Origin: a virus
Lineage: Duplodnaviria > Caudoviricetes
Length of the DNA stretch: 27,258 nucleotides
Strand: one strand, 5' to 3'
Virus record (IMG/VR): IMGVR_UViG_3300012347_000169
Coordinates: 1 to 27,258 of that record
The position numbers were made by a program, and so were the translations under genes. This document shows, piece after piece, positions 15,811 through 23,854 of the stretch. The notes under the pieces were generated by a model. That model saw only the letters and a program-made list of their open reading frames with translations. It had not been told where the DNA came from and did not search any database. How positions within the stretch are numbered: the stretch's first letter is position 1; each line of letters begins with the position of its first letter.

Positions 15811-16430
15811 TAGTTAGCTCCCATACGCATTGTCGCATTGATTTCTTGCGACGTTTCTTCAATAAGTTTAGTCATTTTGGTGCTTGCTGCTGGTAGTGCT
15901 TTGCCAGCAGATGGGTAGACCATACGAGATGGCTTTGTCTTGCGTGGCAAGCCAGATTTGTTCAAAGCTTTGACCATGCCAGCACCTTGACCATTGATTC
16001 TGTGCCGACGTGTACCAGTTGGTGACAAAGAGTATTCGTACTCACGAGTCAATCTGCCGTTATTGCGTTCGCCGTTGGCAAGGTCGGCAATAACAGTTGC
16101 TGGAGACCATACCCAGACTGAAACGATTGATGTGCCACCGTTTTTACGCTTGATTCGAGTGTCTACCTTGAGGCTTGTTTTTTTGGGGTGTTGCACAGCT
16201 CCCCAAGTGACACGACCAGGCACTACCTTTGGTTTCATTCCGGTAATTGGTGATTTGTTTAGAATACCAGACTTAATTGCCTTTTCTACAGGCTTACCGA
16301 TTTCTTTAGCGTTTCTTTTAAATGTAGCTACAAGCTTGCGGTCTACTTTTCTTAGCTCTCGAACTAAAAAACGCCAGTCAGTGACTTCGATCTCCATTCT
16401 GGAGTCTTTTTTAACAGTCACGGTAGCCAT
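15810..16430 (-). CDS. Basic tail-completion-like protein (HK97 gp10-like)
   Basis: Lys/Arg-rich with helical ends; assignment from composition and position only. Confidence 0.45.
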   Translation of the reverse strand: MATVTVKKDSRMEIEVTDWRFLVRELRKVDRKLVATFKRNAKEIGKPVEKAIKSGILNKSPITGMKPKVVPGRVTWGAVQHPKKTSLKVDTRIKRKNGGTSIVSVWVWSPATVIADLANGERNNGRLTREYEYSLSPTGTRRHRINGQGAGMVKALNKSGLPRKTKPSRMVYPSAGKALPAASTKMTKLIEETSQEINATMRMGAN

Positions 16431-16449
16431 TACTCTATTCTACCGCCCA
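16424..16449 (-). promoter_or_regulatory. Leaderless late promoter, copy 1 (TGGGCGGTAGAATAGAG-nn-ATGGCTA)
   Basis: TAGAAT 6 nt before ATG; 24/26 identical to 18330-18355. Confidence 0.75.
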
Positions 16450-16454
16450 ATAGC

Positions 16455-16477
16455 AAAACCCCCTCTAAAAGAGGGGG
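16455..16477 (-). terminator. Intrinsic terminator after tail chaperones
   Basis: CCCCCTCT-TTT-AGAGGGGG followed by TTTT. Confidence 0.8.
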
Positions 16478-16482
16478 CTTCA

Positions 16483-16886
16483 CTAATGACGAGGAAGGTT
16501 TTTTGCAACCAACCATCGGTGCATCGTATAGAGCATCCGATCACTCAGCAACAATAGTTCACGCGGAGAGATACCAGTTTCGCAAGCTAGGCCAGCGATG
16601 AACCAGTGTTCTGAAGTTTCGCCTAAGCCGACAATTTTGGGTCGATTTCACTCGCCCCAACGTTAGCTACGGTGTCGATCCAAGCTTCGAACTCAAGAGC
16701 AGTGCCCTTAGTACGAAACTCCGAGTGCCAAGCCAAGTAAAGAAGGTGAGTTAGCTTACTTTCTTCATTTAGTCTGGTGACGCTTAGATTGAACTTTTCC
16801 TCAAAGGCAACCAAGTCGCTTGCAGAGCAAGAAACTTCCTTTGGAGAAAGAGCGTTGTTGTATTCAATGCGTAGATTGAGTTTCAA
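16483..16886 (-). CDS. Tail assembly chaperone, long form via -1 frameshift at CCCAAAA (16641-16635)
   Basis: The -1 frame adds 50 aa (IVGLGETSEHWFIAGLACETGISPRELLLLSDRMLYTMHRWLVAKNLPRH) and ends just before the terminator. Confidence 0.85.
16623..16886 (-). CDS. Tail assembly chaperone, short form
   Basis: Follows the major tail gene and ends ...DPKLSA just after the slippery site. Confidence 0.85.
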   Translation of the reverse strand: MKLNLRIEYNNALSPKEVSCSASDLVAFEEKFNLSVTRLNEESKLTHLLYLAWHSEFRTKGTALEFEAWIDTVANVGASEIDPKLSA

Positions 16887-16899
16887 TTTAGTTCCTTAA

Positions 16900-17313
16900 T
16901 TAAGCGGTTGCTTTGGTGATTGCACCCGAGGTAGGCCAAGTCACTGATACGGTGCTTAAATCGCCGACAGCACCAGCCACGGGGTTCCAAGAGTTTACAA
17001 GGCAGATCGCCGTGTACGCAGGTGTGGTTGAAGATGCGACAGTACCGTTGCCAGCAATGATAACTGCCGTTGCAAGAGTGCCGACTAGAGGGAAGATAGT
17101 AGCTTCTACTGAAGCTGCTGCATAGTCCTGGTGGAAGTCGATCGAGATTGAACCCGACTTTAGACCACCAGTTAGCTCGGTGTAGCCAGCAGAACCAAAG
17201 CTTGTCACATCAACGTCAGCAACGTTAATAACAAGTTCAGCTCGGGCTACTGAAGATGATAGGTTAACACCATTGATGCTTACCTTGTTTCCAGTGACAA
17301 CATACTTTGCCAT
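16900..17313 (-). CDS. Major tail tube protein
   Basis: DVTSFG...GLKSGSISIDF...GAVGDLSTVSVTWP tube-type pattern; AGGAG RBS. Confidence 0.85.
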   Translation of the reverse strand: MAKYVVTGNKVSINGVNLSSSVARAELVINVADVDVTSFGSAGYTELTGGLKSGSISIDFHQDYAAASVEATIFPLVGTLATAVIIAGNGTVASSTTPAYTAICLVNSWNPVAGAVGDLSTVSVTWPTSGAITKATA

Positions 17314-17326
17314 TTGTTAGTTTCTC

Positions 17327-17740
17327 CTAGCTTGCATACACTACTACCGAGAACTCGGCAGCAAGGTATTGATTTTCGTTTGCAGAGATTGAGCCATACG
17401 AGCTAATCTCAGTCACTCGGCAGTCGTTTGCAACGCCACCAAGAGTCCTATCATATTCTATCGCCTCTTTTACTGAGTACGATCCTGAACCTGCACAGTA
17501 AGCATCCAGCTTGTTCTGTGCTGATCTCTCATCGGCTCGGGCAACAATGATTTGTACTGTGAATCTAAACTGATCTAAACCACGGTTCATCGCAATGTCA
17601 AAGGTGACTGGAGTCGAGTCTGGCTCGACAATTGCGATAGGTGGGTTTACTAGATCAGGAACAGTATTAGTGGTTCGTAGACCGTTGATACGGGCAAGGT
17701 TAGCCGCTATGCCAATTCTTAGGTCTGAGATACTTGCCAT
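17327..17740 (-). CDS. Tail terminator-like protein
   Basis: Position before the tube gene; PPIAIV and DRTLGG motifs. Confidence 0.7.
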   Translation of the reverse strand: MASISDLRIGIAANLARINGLRTTNTVPDLVNPPIAIVEPDSTPVTFDIAMNRGLDQFRFTVQIIVARADERSAQNKLDAYCAGSGSYSVKEAIEYDRTLGGVANDCRVTEISSYGSISANENQYLAAEFSVVVYAS

Positions 17741-18336
17741 TACCCGACGTTCCTCATCATCCGGTAAGGGTTGAGCAACTGGTCTACGTCTGGGTCGAAT
17801 CGACCAACACGCACGACACCCATGTCACCAAAACCAGCTACACCGAGAGGTGAGTCAAGTCGCTTGAAGATACGAGATGCAAGTAGTACACATGCTTGCT
17901 TGACTGCCATAGGAACTGCTGACCAGCCCCATACACCAGTCACGGTAACAAAAGCAATTTCATTTGCGTACGGAAACCAAAGATCCTTACACGCACGAAT
18001 TTGAGTGTATGGAGCAGCCAAACCATCAATACGAGAGTTGACTGGCTCTAGCTGGTAGTCATCGGCATCCCAGGTAGTAGAGACTCCACCAATTTCGCTG
18101 ACTGTAGATAAGCTACTAAGCGATTGTAGGTCTTCTACATAAGTCGTGTAGTTGTCTGAGGCAGCAAACTTCTTGGTTGCAGTTCCACCGTTGTAAAAGT
18201 ATCGGTTGGTGTAGCCGTCAATTTCACGAGAAGCAGACTCGATTGCCATCTCAAGGAGCGTATCGTCGAGAGTGTCCGTAATTTTTAGTGCGGCTTTGAC
18301 CTCGGCTAACGAGGCATACCCATTATTAATAGCCAT
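17740..18336 (-). CDS. Head-to-tail adaptor (gp6/gp15-like)
   Basis: YASLAEVKAAL...ASREIDGYTNR...GWSAVPMAVKQA...LLNPYR. Confidence 0.85.
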   Translation of the reverse strand: MAINNGYASLAEVKAALKITDTLDDTLLEMAIESASREIDGYTNRYFYNGGTATKKFAASDNYTTYVEDLQSLSSLSTVSEIGGVSTTWDADDYQLEPVNSRIDGLAAPYTQIRACKDLWFPYANEIAFVTVTGVWGWSAVPMAVKQACVLLASRIFKRLDSPLGVAGFGDMGVVRVGRFDPDVDQLLNPYRMMRNVG

Positions 18337-18355
18337 AGCTCTATTCTACCGCCCA
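18330..18355 (-). promoter_or_regulatory. Leaderless late promoter, copy 2
   Basis: Same element as 16424-16449; TAG of TAGAAT is the upstream stop codon. Confidence 0.75.
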
Positions 18356-18783
18356 GACCGCAAACGCTCTTTAATCATTGTTGAGCTAATGCCCTGTGTG
18401 TAAGGTATGTAGGCCAAACCAATTTCACGCTCGTCAAGCCAGTCTTGCGTAAAGTTCATCTGAGCGTAATAATCACGCCGTGCCCAGTCTGATCCGATTA
18501 CAACCATGTCGGGCTTTACCAGATCAATAGCGATAGTAGAGTCAGCACCCCCAGTGTTAGGAATGACCCTATCCACATAACGGCAAGCTTCCAAGACATC
18601 TTTACGCTCCTGATAGTCCATAACCAACCCTTTGCCCTTGTAGGCAAGGATAAATTCGTCAGTGTTTAGGCTGACAATAACTTCACCACTTGTTCCTGCT
18701 ATTGCTCGACAACGAGCTAGGAAAGCAACGTGACCGCTGTGAAAAAGGTCAAACGATCCGCCAGTGTAAACGACTAATCCCAT
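18346..18783 (-). CDS. Cytidylyltransferase-family nucleotidyltransferase (TagD/RfaE-domain-II-like)
   Basis: GGSFDLFHSGH (HxGH), GSDW and PYTQGISST motifs. Confidence 0.9.
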   Translation of the reverse strand: MGLVVYTGGSFDLFHSGHVAFLARCRAIAGTSGEVIVSLNTDEFILAYKGKGLVMDYQERKDVLEACRYVDRVIPNTGGADSTIAIDLVKPDMVVIGSDWARRDYYAQMNFTQDWLDEREIGLAYIPYTQGISSTMIKERLRSGR

Positions 18784-19421
18784 CGGTTATCCCGTCTTAC
18801 CTTTAGCGACCATTCTCCAGCCGTGTAGTCTGCCTCAATCTGCTTCTTTGTATACCGTTGCTGATTAGCAATGTATGTTTTGGAGTTGGCTGTCTCAAAC
18901 CCAGCTTTTAGGGTAGAGCTGTTGTCGTGAAATACCTTGGCATCGATGTAGTTCTTTTTGACTCCGTGAAAGTCGATGCGACGTTCTAGATCGTTGTCAT
19001 CAAAGTACAAAGGGTAGAAGTTCTCGTCGTACAAACCGACCTTTTCGATCATGCCCTGACCAAATGCAACGGCTGACCATTCTGGTACGCAATCTAAGAA
19101 GTTAATTGCCTGGTCATCAATCTCAGCATTTAGCTTCTCTAGTGCACCTGCCTGGAAGTGAGCATCGTCATTTACTAATAGCCAATACGGGGCGTATGGT
19201 GTTGATTTGATGATCAGATTCCAAGCACCGACTAGCCCAAGACCAAATGGCACTTGAATAACCCACATTTTGTCTACTAGATCTGGTTTTTTAGGTTGCC
19301 AAGTTTGAGTGCCAGAATTGTCAACAATTACTAAGTGCTCTACTGGGTAATCAATAGATGCGAGTAGTCTGTCTGCCAGATCAAAGCGTTTTAGCGTACA
19401 AAATCCTAGAACTGGAATCAC
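18774..19421 (-). CDS. Glycosyltransferase, GT-A fold (GT2-like)
   Basis: IVDN, WN, LLVNDD and GLYDENFYPLYFDDND motifs. Confidence 0.88.
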   Translation of the reverse strand: MIPVLGFCTLKRFDLADRLLASIDYPVEHLVIVDNSGTQTWQPKKPDLVDKMWVIQVPFGLGLVGAWNLIIKSTPYAPYWLLVNDDAHFQAGALEKLNAEIDDQAINFLDCVPEWSAVAFGQGMIEKVGLYDENFYPLYFDDNDLERRIDFHGVKKNYIDAKVFHDNSSTLKAGFETANSKTYIANQQRYTKKQIEADYTAGEWSLKVRRDNRWD

Positions 19422-20599
19422 TTGAGCAACTTCTTCAGGATTGGTGTCCAGTATTTATCCCACACAAGGTCAGTATCAAATTGCGATGCAAATTTGATTG
19501 ACTCTTGGCTGTCTCCACGCTCTGCTTCGTACGCAAGCTCTAGGGCATCGACAATTGCTGGAATACTCGGAATCTGCCAGAAGGCATCCTGTCCGGCATC
19601 CCAACTTGGCTGACCATCGATTAGCCAACCGTCATTAGACACCAGATCCTTTGGTGCAGTCCAGTTAGATGCGATAACTCGTGTGCCACAAGCCTGAGCT
19701 TCGACGATAGGGATCTCAAATCCGCCCCCGTAGCTTGGAGCTAGTAAAACATCCATGCCCGTGTACAGGGCAGCTAGAGCCTCTGCTGGCATACCGTATC
19801 TGTAGTCAACAAACGGTGGAAACATTACAGCTTCTTTTGGGATCTCTAGGGCTTGTAGAAGCTTAAGCAAATTCCATCCACCAACTGAACCAAGTGGGTC
19901 AGTGTGCAGGTATAGTCGAGCGTTTGGGTGTCGCTTGTAGAAGATACTAAATGCAATCAAGTTCTCGCTAAATGCCTTGCGATGAATTAGACCAGATGCT
20001 TTGTTAGCTGCCACAGATCCGACTACGAACTCATCGTCAGTCACTCCCATGTACTCACGCACATTTTGACCATTGATCAGGGGCGTAGGCTTCATAATCT
20101 TGGTGTCAATAGAGTGCGGTGCGTACTCACACTCAATGCCCTTGGAGTTCATCTGCTCAACGCCAAATGGGGCCATAGCAATTGGTGTCACGTTATCTTT
20201 ACGCAACCAAGCTTCTACCTTTGGCGGCATGGTCATGTGATCTAGTGGAGTCCACGAGGCGATTGGCAGTTTGTCCAACGCCTTATTAGTCAAGACCCAA
20301 ACATCGTAAAGAGTGATTAGCAAGTCAGCTTGCTTTTTGTTCTGAGCTTTCCAATGTGCGTGGTGCATTGGCAACACGTCATTTGAGTAAGGGTCTAGCC
20401 CTCGTGGGTAATGTGGGATAACGCCGTACTTAGTCTGATAAGTAGATACGTTGCCTTCTAGCCCGTAGTTTGAAAATGAGGCGACATCAACGCCATCTCG
20501 TCGTAAATAGTTAACCAACATTTCTGTCTGCATACCGTAGCCAGTAGGTTGACCAGGCGAGTTGCTATAGACAGAAACCGTGCCCTTTAACTTTCCCAT
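19418..20599 (-). CDS. Glycosyltransferase, GT-B fold (GT4-like)
   Basis: PTGYG N-terminus, HSIDT, RK and DVLLAPSYGGGFEIPIVEAQACG. Confidence 0.9.
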   Translation of the reverse strand: MGKLKGTVSVYSNSPGQPTGYGMQTEMLVNYLRRDGVDVASFSNYGLEGNVSTYQTKYGVIPHYPRGLDPYSNDVLPMHHAHWKAQNKKQADLLITLYDVWVLTNKALDKLPIASWTPLDHMTMPPKVEAWLRKDNVTPIAMAPFGVEQMNSKGIECEYAPHSIDTKIMKPTPLINGQNVREYMGVTDDEFVVGSVAANKASGLIHRKAFSENLIAFSIFYKRHPNARLYLHTDPLGSVGGWNLLKLLQALEIPKEAVMFPPFVDYRYGMPAEALAALYTGMDVLLAPSYGGGFEIPIVEAQACGTRVIASNWTAPKDLVSNDGWLIDGQPSWDAGQDAFWQIPSIPAIVDALELAYEAERGDSQESIKFASQFDTDLVWDKYWTPILKKLLK

Positions 20600-20633
20600 T
20601 CTTGCCTTTCGTAGTAGGTACTACTACAGTAGC

Positions 20634-20673
20634 AAAAGAACACCCCCCGTATCTACGCATACGGGGGGTGTTC
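20634..20673 (-). terminator. Intrinsic terminator after major capsid
   Basis: Perfect 15-bp stem GAACACCCCCCGTAT/ATACGGGGGGTGTTC followed by TTTT. Confidence 0.9.
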
Positions 20674-20692
20674 AGCATGGGAGCTAAATGAT

Positions 20693-21871
20693 TTAGCTTG
20701 CTCCACCCTTGAAGTAGCCAATGTGAGTGGCGTGGGTTAGAGCACCGTCAACACGCAAGATACCACGGAAGGTGGTGACATCGGTGTTGAACGCGTAATC
20801 TGCTGACTGAGCGATCTGTAGACCACCAGCGATACGTACCTTGTATGAAGGTAGGTGACCGAATAGTACAGACTTAGCACCAGTAGCAACTGCTGGTACA
20901 GCAGGGTTCTCGTAAACTGCATAACCTAGAAGGGTAGCGGCCTGACCAGGAACGGCTGAGTCAGTCCAGATGTAGTTTCCTGCACCATCCTTCATCTTGC
21001 GAGCAGCAGCGATACCAGTCTTTGACATCTGGAAACCTAGACCGTTTAGAACACGAGCACCATCAGCGATGCCGTATACAAGGTCAACTAGGTTTTCGTA
21101 GGTCGCAGCACCAGAAACGCCAGTGCCACCAGTGACAACTGAACCTGCTGAGTTGACAACACCAGTTGACTCTACAGTTCCAGTACCAGTGGTTAGCATG
21201 GTGTTTACAGCCACACCTAGTGATTCACCAAGCTGCTGAGCAATGAAGCCCTCGATGTCGAAACCTGCATCAGCAATCAATTCGTTCGAGATTGCGACTA
21301 GGGCTGACTCTTTCCAAGCTCCAAGAGTGATGCTTGAGAAGGTTGGGTTTGACTCGGTGATTGCTGATCCGGCTGACTTAACAGTTGCAGTTGAGTAAGC
21401 AGTTGCAGTTGGAATAACTAGGTTCTCGCCTGAGCTGGTCTCAAAGATCTGAGAGGTTGATAGCATCGGGCCAACTAGACGGGCTACGCCGAATACCTGG
21501 TCGTAGAATGACTGACCAACGGTGTTAGCTGAAGGTACTAGAGCAGCACGGGTCTCGCTCTTGAACTCGTGACCACGGGTCTCGCCCATAGCGATTGAGC
21601 GAAGGATGCTTGCATCGGTCTGACGAGCTGATTCAACAGCAGGTGAGAATGAGGCAGCAGCTTCTGAAGCAGCAAGCTCACGAGCTTCTAGCTTCTTTGC
21701 GGTTTCGATTGCTGAGTCGCGTGACTCGATGTCTGCTTCTAGACGGGCAATCTTCTGGTTTTCCTCGGCAGTTAGTCCACGGTTCTCCGAGATTGCGAAG
21801 TCTAGGACTTCACGAACCTGGTGAATCAAGTTGTTGCGGACTTCAGCCTGAGTCTTTACGAACTCTGACAT
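20693..21871 (-). CDS. Major capsid protein, HK97 fold with N-terminal delta domain
   Basis: Coiled-coil N-terminus (RGLTAEE), ISNELIAD, KMKDGAGNYIW, LLGYAV, FG and RVDG motifs. Confidence 0.95.
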   Translation of the reverse strand: MSEFVKTQAEVRNNLIHQVREVLDFAISENRGLTAEENQKIARLEADIESRDSAIETAKKLEARELAASEAAASFSPAVESARQTDASILRSIAMGETRGHEFKSETRAALVPSANTVGQSFYDQVFGVARLVGPMLSTSQIFETSSGENLVIPTATAYSTATVKSAGSAITESNPTFSSITLGAWKESALVAISNELIADAGFDIEGFIAQQLGESLGVAVNTMLTTGTGTVESTGVVNSAGSVVTGGTGVSGAATYENLVDLVYGIADGARVLNGLGFQMSKTGIAAARKMKDGAGNYIWTDSAVPGQAATLLGYAVYENPAVPAVATGAKSVLFGHLPSYKVRIAGGLQIAQSADYAFNTDVTTFRGILRVDGALTHATHIGYFKGGAS

Positions 21872-21901
21872 TTTTTTCCTTTGTTAGAAATTAATTGGAT
21901 A

Positions 21902-21960
21902 CTGCCGCGGATACGCTGAACAGAGATAGGCCGTGACCCACAGAACCTGTGTTAATTCTA
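21902..21960 (-). promoter_or_regulatory. Capsid promoter (TAGAAT, 21960-21955) and 5' leader with two similar bulged hairpins
   Basis: AGGUU-CU-GUG-ggu-CAC-GGCCU and CUGUU-CA-GCG-uauc-CGC-GGCAG. Confidence 0.65.
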
Positions 21961-22001
21961 CAATAAGGTTGTAAGTTTCCTACAAAGACAAAGATCAGGT
22001 T

Positions 22002-22043
22002 AAAAAGAACCCCCACCGAGAAAGAGAGTGAACTCGGTGGGGG
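22002..22043 (-). terminator. Intrinsic terminator before the capsid promoter
   Basis: 11-bp stem CCCCCACCGAG/CTCGGTGGGGG followed by TTCTTTTT. Confidence 0.88.
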
Positions 22044-22062
22044 AAAGAAAGCTGGGGAAAGG

Positions 22063-22227
22063 TCAGCGTGTTTCTTTTGCTTCGACAACGCGAACTTCTT
22101 TGGCCGCTGACTTGTCAAAGTTTTTTAGTTCTTTAATAAGTTCTGCAATTGCACCAGAATCAGGTGAGCCTGAAACTTCGTCAATAACACGAATTGCAAT
22201 TTCGCGATCTTCATTGCTAATAGCCAT
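22063..22227 (-). CDS. 54-aa head-module protein not in the ORF track (MAISNEDREIAIRVIDEVSGSPDSGAIAELIKELKNFDKSAAKEVRVVEAKETR)
   Basis: TAATG overlap with the protease stop, AAGGA RBS, ends before the terminator. Confidence 0.78.
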   Translation of the reverse strand: MAISNEDREIAIRVIDEVSGSPDSGAIAELIKELKNFDKSAAKEVRVVEAKETR

Positions 22228-23594
22228 TAGATTTCCTTAATTAGTGCTAGGTCTAGCTTCTTGACCTTAAGAGCTAGTACATCTGTGTCTACAGTTTCTA
22301 CTACAACTGGCTTCTGTAGTTTCTCAACTACTTCAGTGATCAGCTTAGCTTGTTCTGCATCAAGTTCTTCACCTGATTCTAATCTAATCAGACTTTCTGT
22401 CAATAGATCAGCATCAATGTTTCGAGCTTCTCGAACGCTGGTTAGCCCAGCAGTTCCTTCGTACGCCGGAAAGCTAGTCAGCGAAACTTCGTGAACAGCT
22501 ACCTCATGTAGTGTACGGGTGTTGCCATCCTGTGACCAAGAGTCTTTCTTTACTTGGAATCCAAAGGACATAGCATCGATTGTGCCAGACCGCACGAGCT
22601 CGGCTACGTCTCGCCCAGTTTGGGTATTGGCTAGTGTAGCCGTGACTTTCAAACCTTTAGCATCTTCGACAAGCTTTAGTGACCCGTTGCGTGTTGATGC
22701 TAGTGGCTCTGAAGCGTTGTGATTCCAGAGCAACATCATGCGGTGACGACCTTGTAGCGAACGCTTGAACGCTCCAGGTTTAATTACCTCAGTAAATGGT
22801 AAAGGCTGGCTAGGTGAATTGAAAACAGCGGCGTAGCCCTCGAAGGTCATTCCATCGCCAGTTTCACGCAATTCAAGATCAAAGTGATTAGTGCGAGTCT
22901 CGACTTTACCAATAGAACGAGCTTCTTCTGGTAAGCCTTCTAGCTTTGCCTTGATAGCCCAAGCTGCTTTCATCCAGCGATCACGAGTTAGGTTAGTAGA
23001 TGCTTCTTCTTCTACCTCATCATCTGCAACAACAAGAGGATCAATTTTGTTTAGAGAAGCGATTGGGGCTTGAACTTCTGAGTCTGTCTCAGTCCACACG
23101 CCGTCTTCTTCTTCGTAGATCTTGACCGTGGCAGTATCTCCGTCTAGCTCGTAGACTTCACCTGCATAGGCTTCAGTTCCAACTAACCAAGCAACATAGT
23201 CACCTACTGCTAGTTCATTTGGCAAAGCTCGCTCTGTCATTTCACTTCTTTCTTGTTCTGCTTTAATTCTAGCAACAATGCCTTCAGCGTAGTTCAAGGT
23301 TCGTTGTGCAGCTGTCTTTGATGGGCCAGAACCCCAAAGTAAATGAGCAACTACTCCAGGCGATGGATAGTTGTTAGAGCTTGGGTTTGCATCCGGTGAA
23401 TCTAGGTCTCCAAGGTGTCTTGAAATCCAAGCTGCAATACGAACCCACTTGTCTTCGCTGACATTTCCAGCAGACATCTCTCTCGCCTCACGAATTGTCT
23501 TTTCAACAAGACCGTCTCCACCAAGACCTTCGGCGTAATACTTAAGTCCTCGTCGAGCAGCAGCTCTCATGTAGGTAGGTGGGCTGTATGGCAT
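22227..23594 (-). CDS. HK97-type prohead protease with two extra N-terminal domains
   Basis: FEGYAAVFN, EVIKPGAF, LWNH, MSFGF and EVSLTSFPAY. Start revised to ATG 23594 (TAATG overlap). Confidence 0.92.
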   Translation of the reverse strand: MPYSPPTYMRAAARRGLKYYAEGLGGDGLVEKTIREAREMSAGNVSEDKWVRIAAWISRHLGDLDSPDANPSSNNYPSPGVVAHLLWGSGPSKTAAQRTLNYAEGIVARIKAEQERSEMTERALPNELAVGDYVAWLVGTEAYAGEVYELDGDTATVKIYEEEDGVWTETDSEVQAPIASLNKIDPLVVADDEVEEEASTNLTRDRWMKAAWAIKAKLEGLPEEARSIGKVETRTNHFDLELRETGDGMTFEGYAAVFNSPSQPLPFTEVIKPGAFKRSLQGRHRMMLLWNHNASEPLASTRNGSLKLVEDAKGLKVTATLANTQTGRDVAELVRSGTIDAMSFGFQVKKDSWSQDGNTRTLHEVAVHEVSLTSFPAYEGTAGLTSVREARNIDADLLTESLIRLESGEELDAEQAKLITEVVEKLQKPVVVETVDTDVLALKVKKLDLALIKEI

Positions 23595-23854
23595 TAGGTC
23601 AGTTTCATCCATGAAATGTCGTGAGTGCCACTGGCAGAGATTACATACAATCCATCTAATGGACTTACATCAAGAGAGAGAGTTTCGTGAGAATGAATCT
23701 CTAATCCTGTTGTCGCTGTGACGGTTTCATTACCGAGAAACAAGTTCTGAGTAGCAGACATATTATGAATAATTACCTTGTAAGGATTTGCAGAACTACC
23801 TGCTATTTGAACTCGCTGAGTTCCAACTGAAACCTGTCCAGTAGTGACTGCCAT
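23594..23854 (-). CDS. Small all-beta head-module protein
   Basis: Coupled between portal and protease; beta-sandwich pattern. Confidence 0.65.
   Translation of the reverse strand: MAVTTGQVSVGTQRVQIAGSSANPYKVIIHNMSATQNLFLGNETVTATTGLEIHSHETLSLDVSPLDGLYVISASGTHDISWMKLT

Noticed and set aside
21891-22118. Minus-strand 75-aa ORF across the capsid upstream region
   Set aside because: It runs through a terminator and promoter. The coupled 22063-22227 ORF explains the coding part better.
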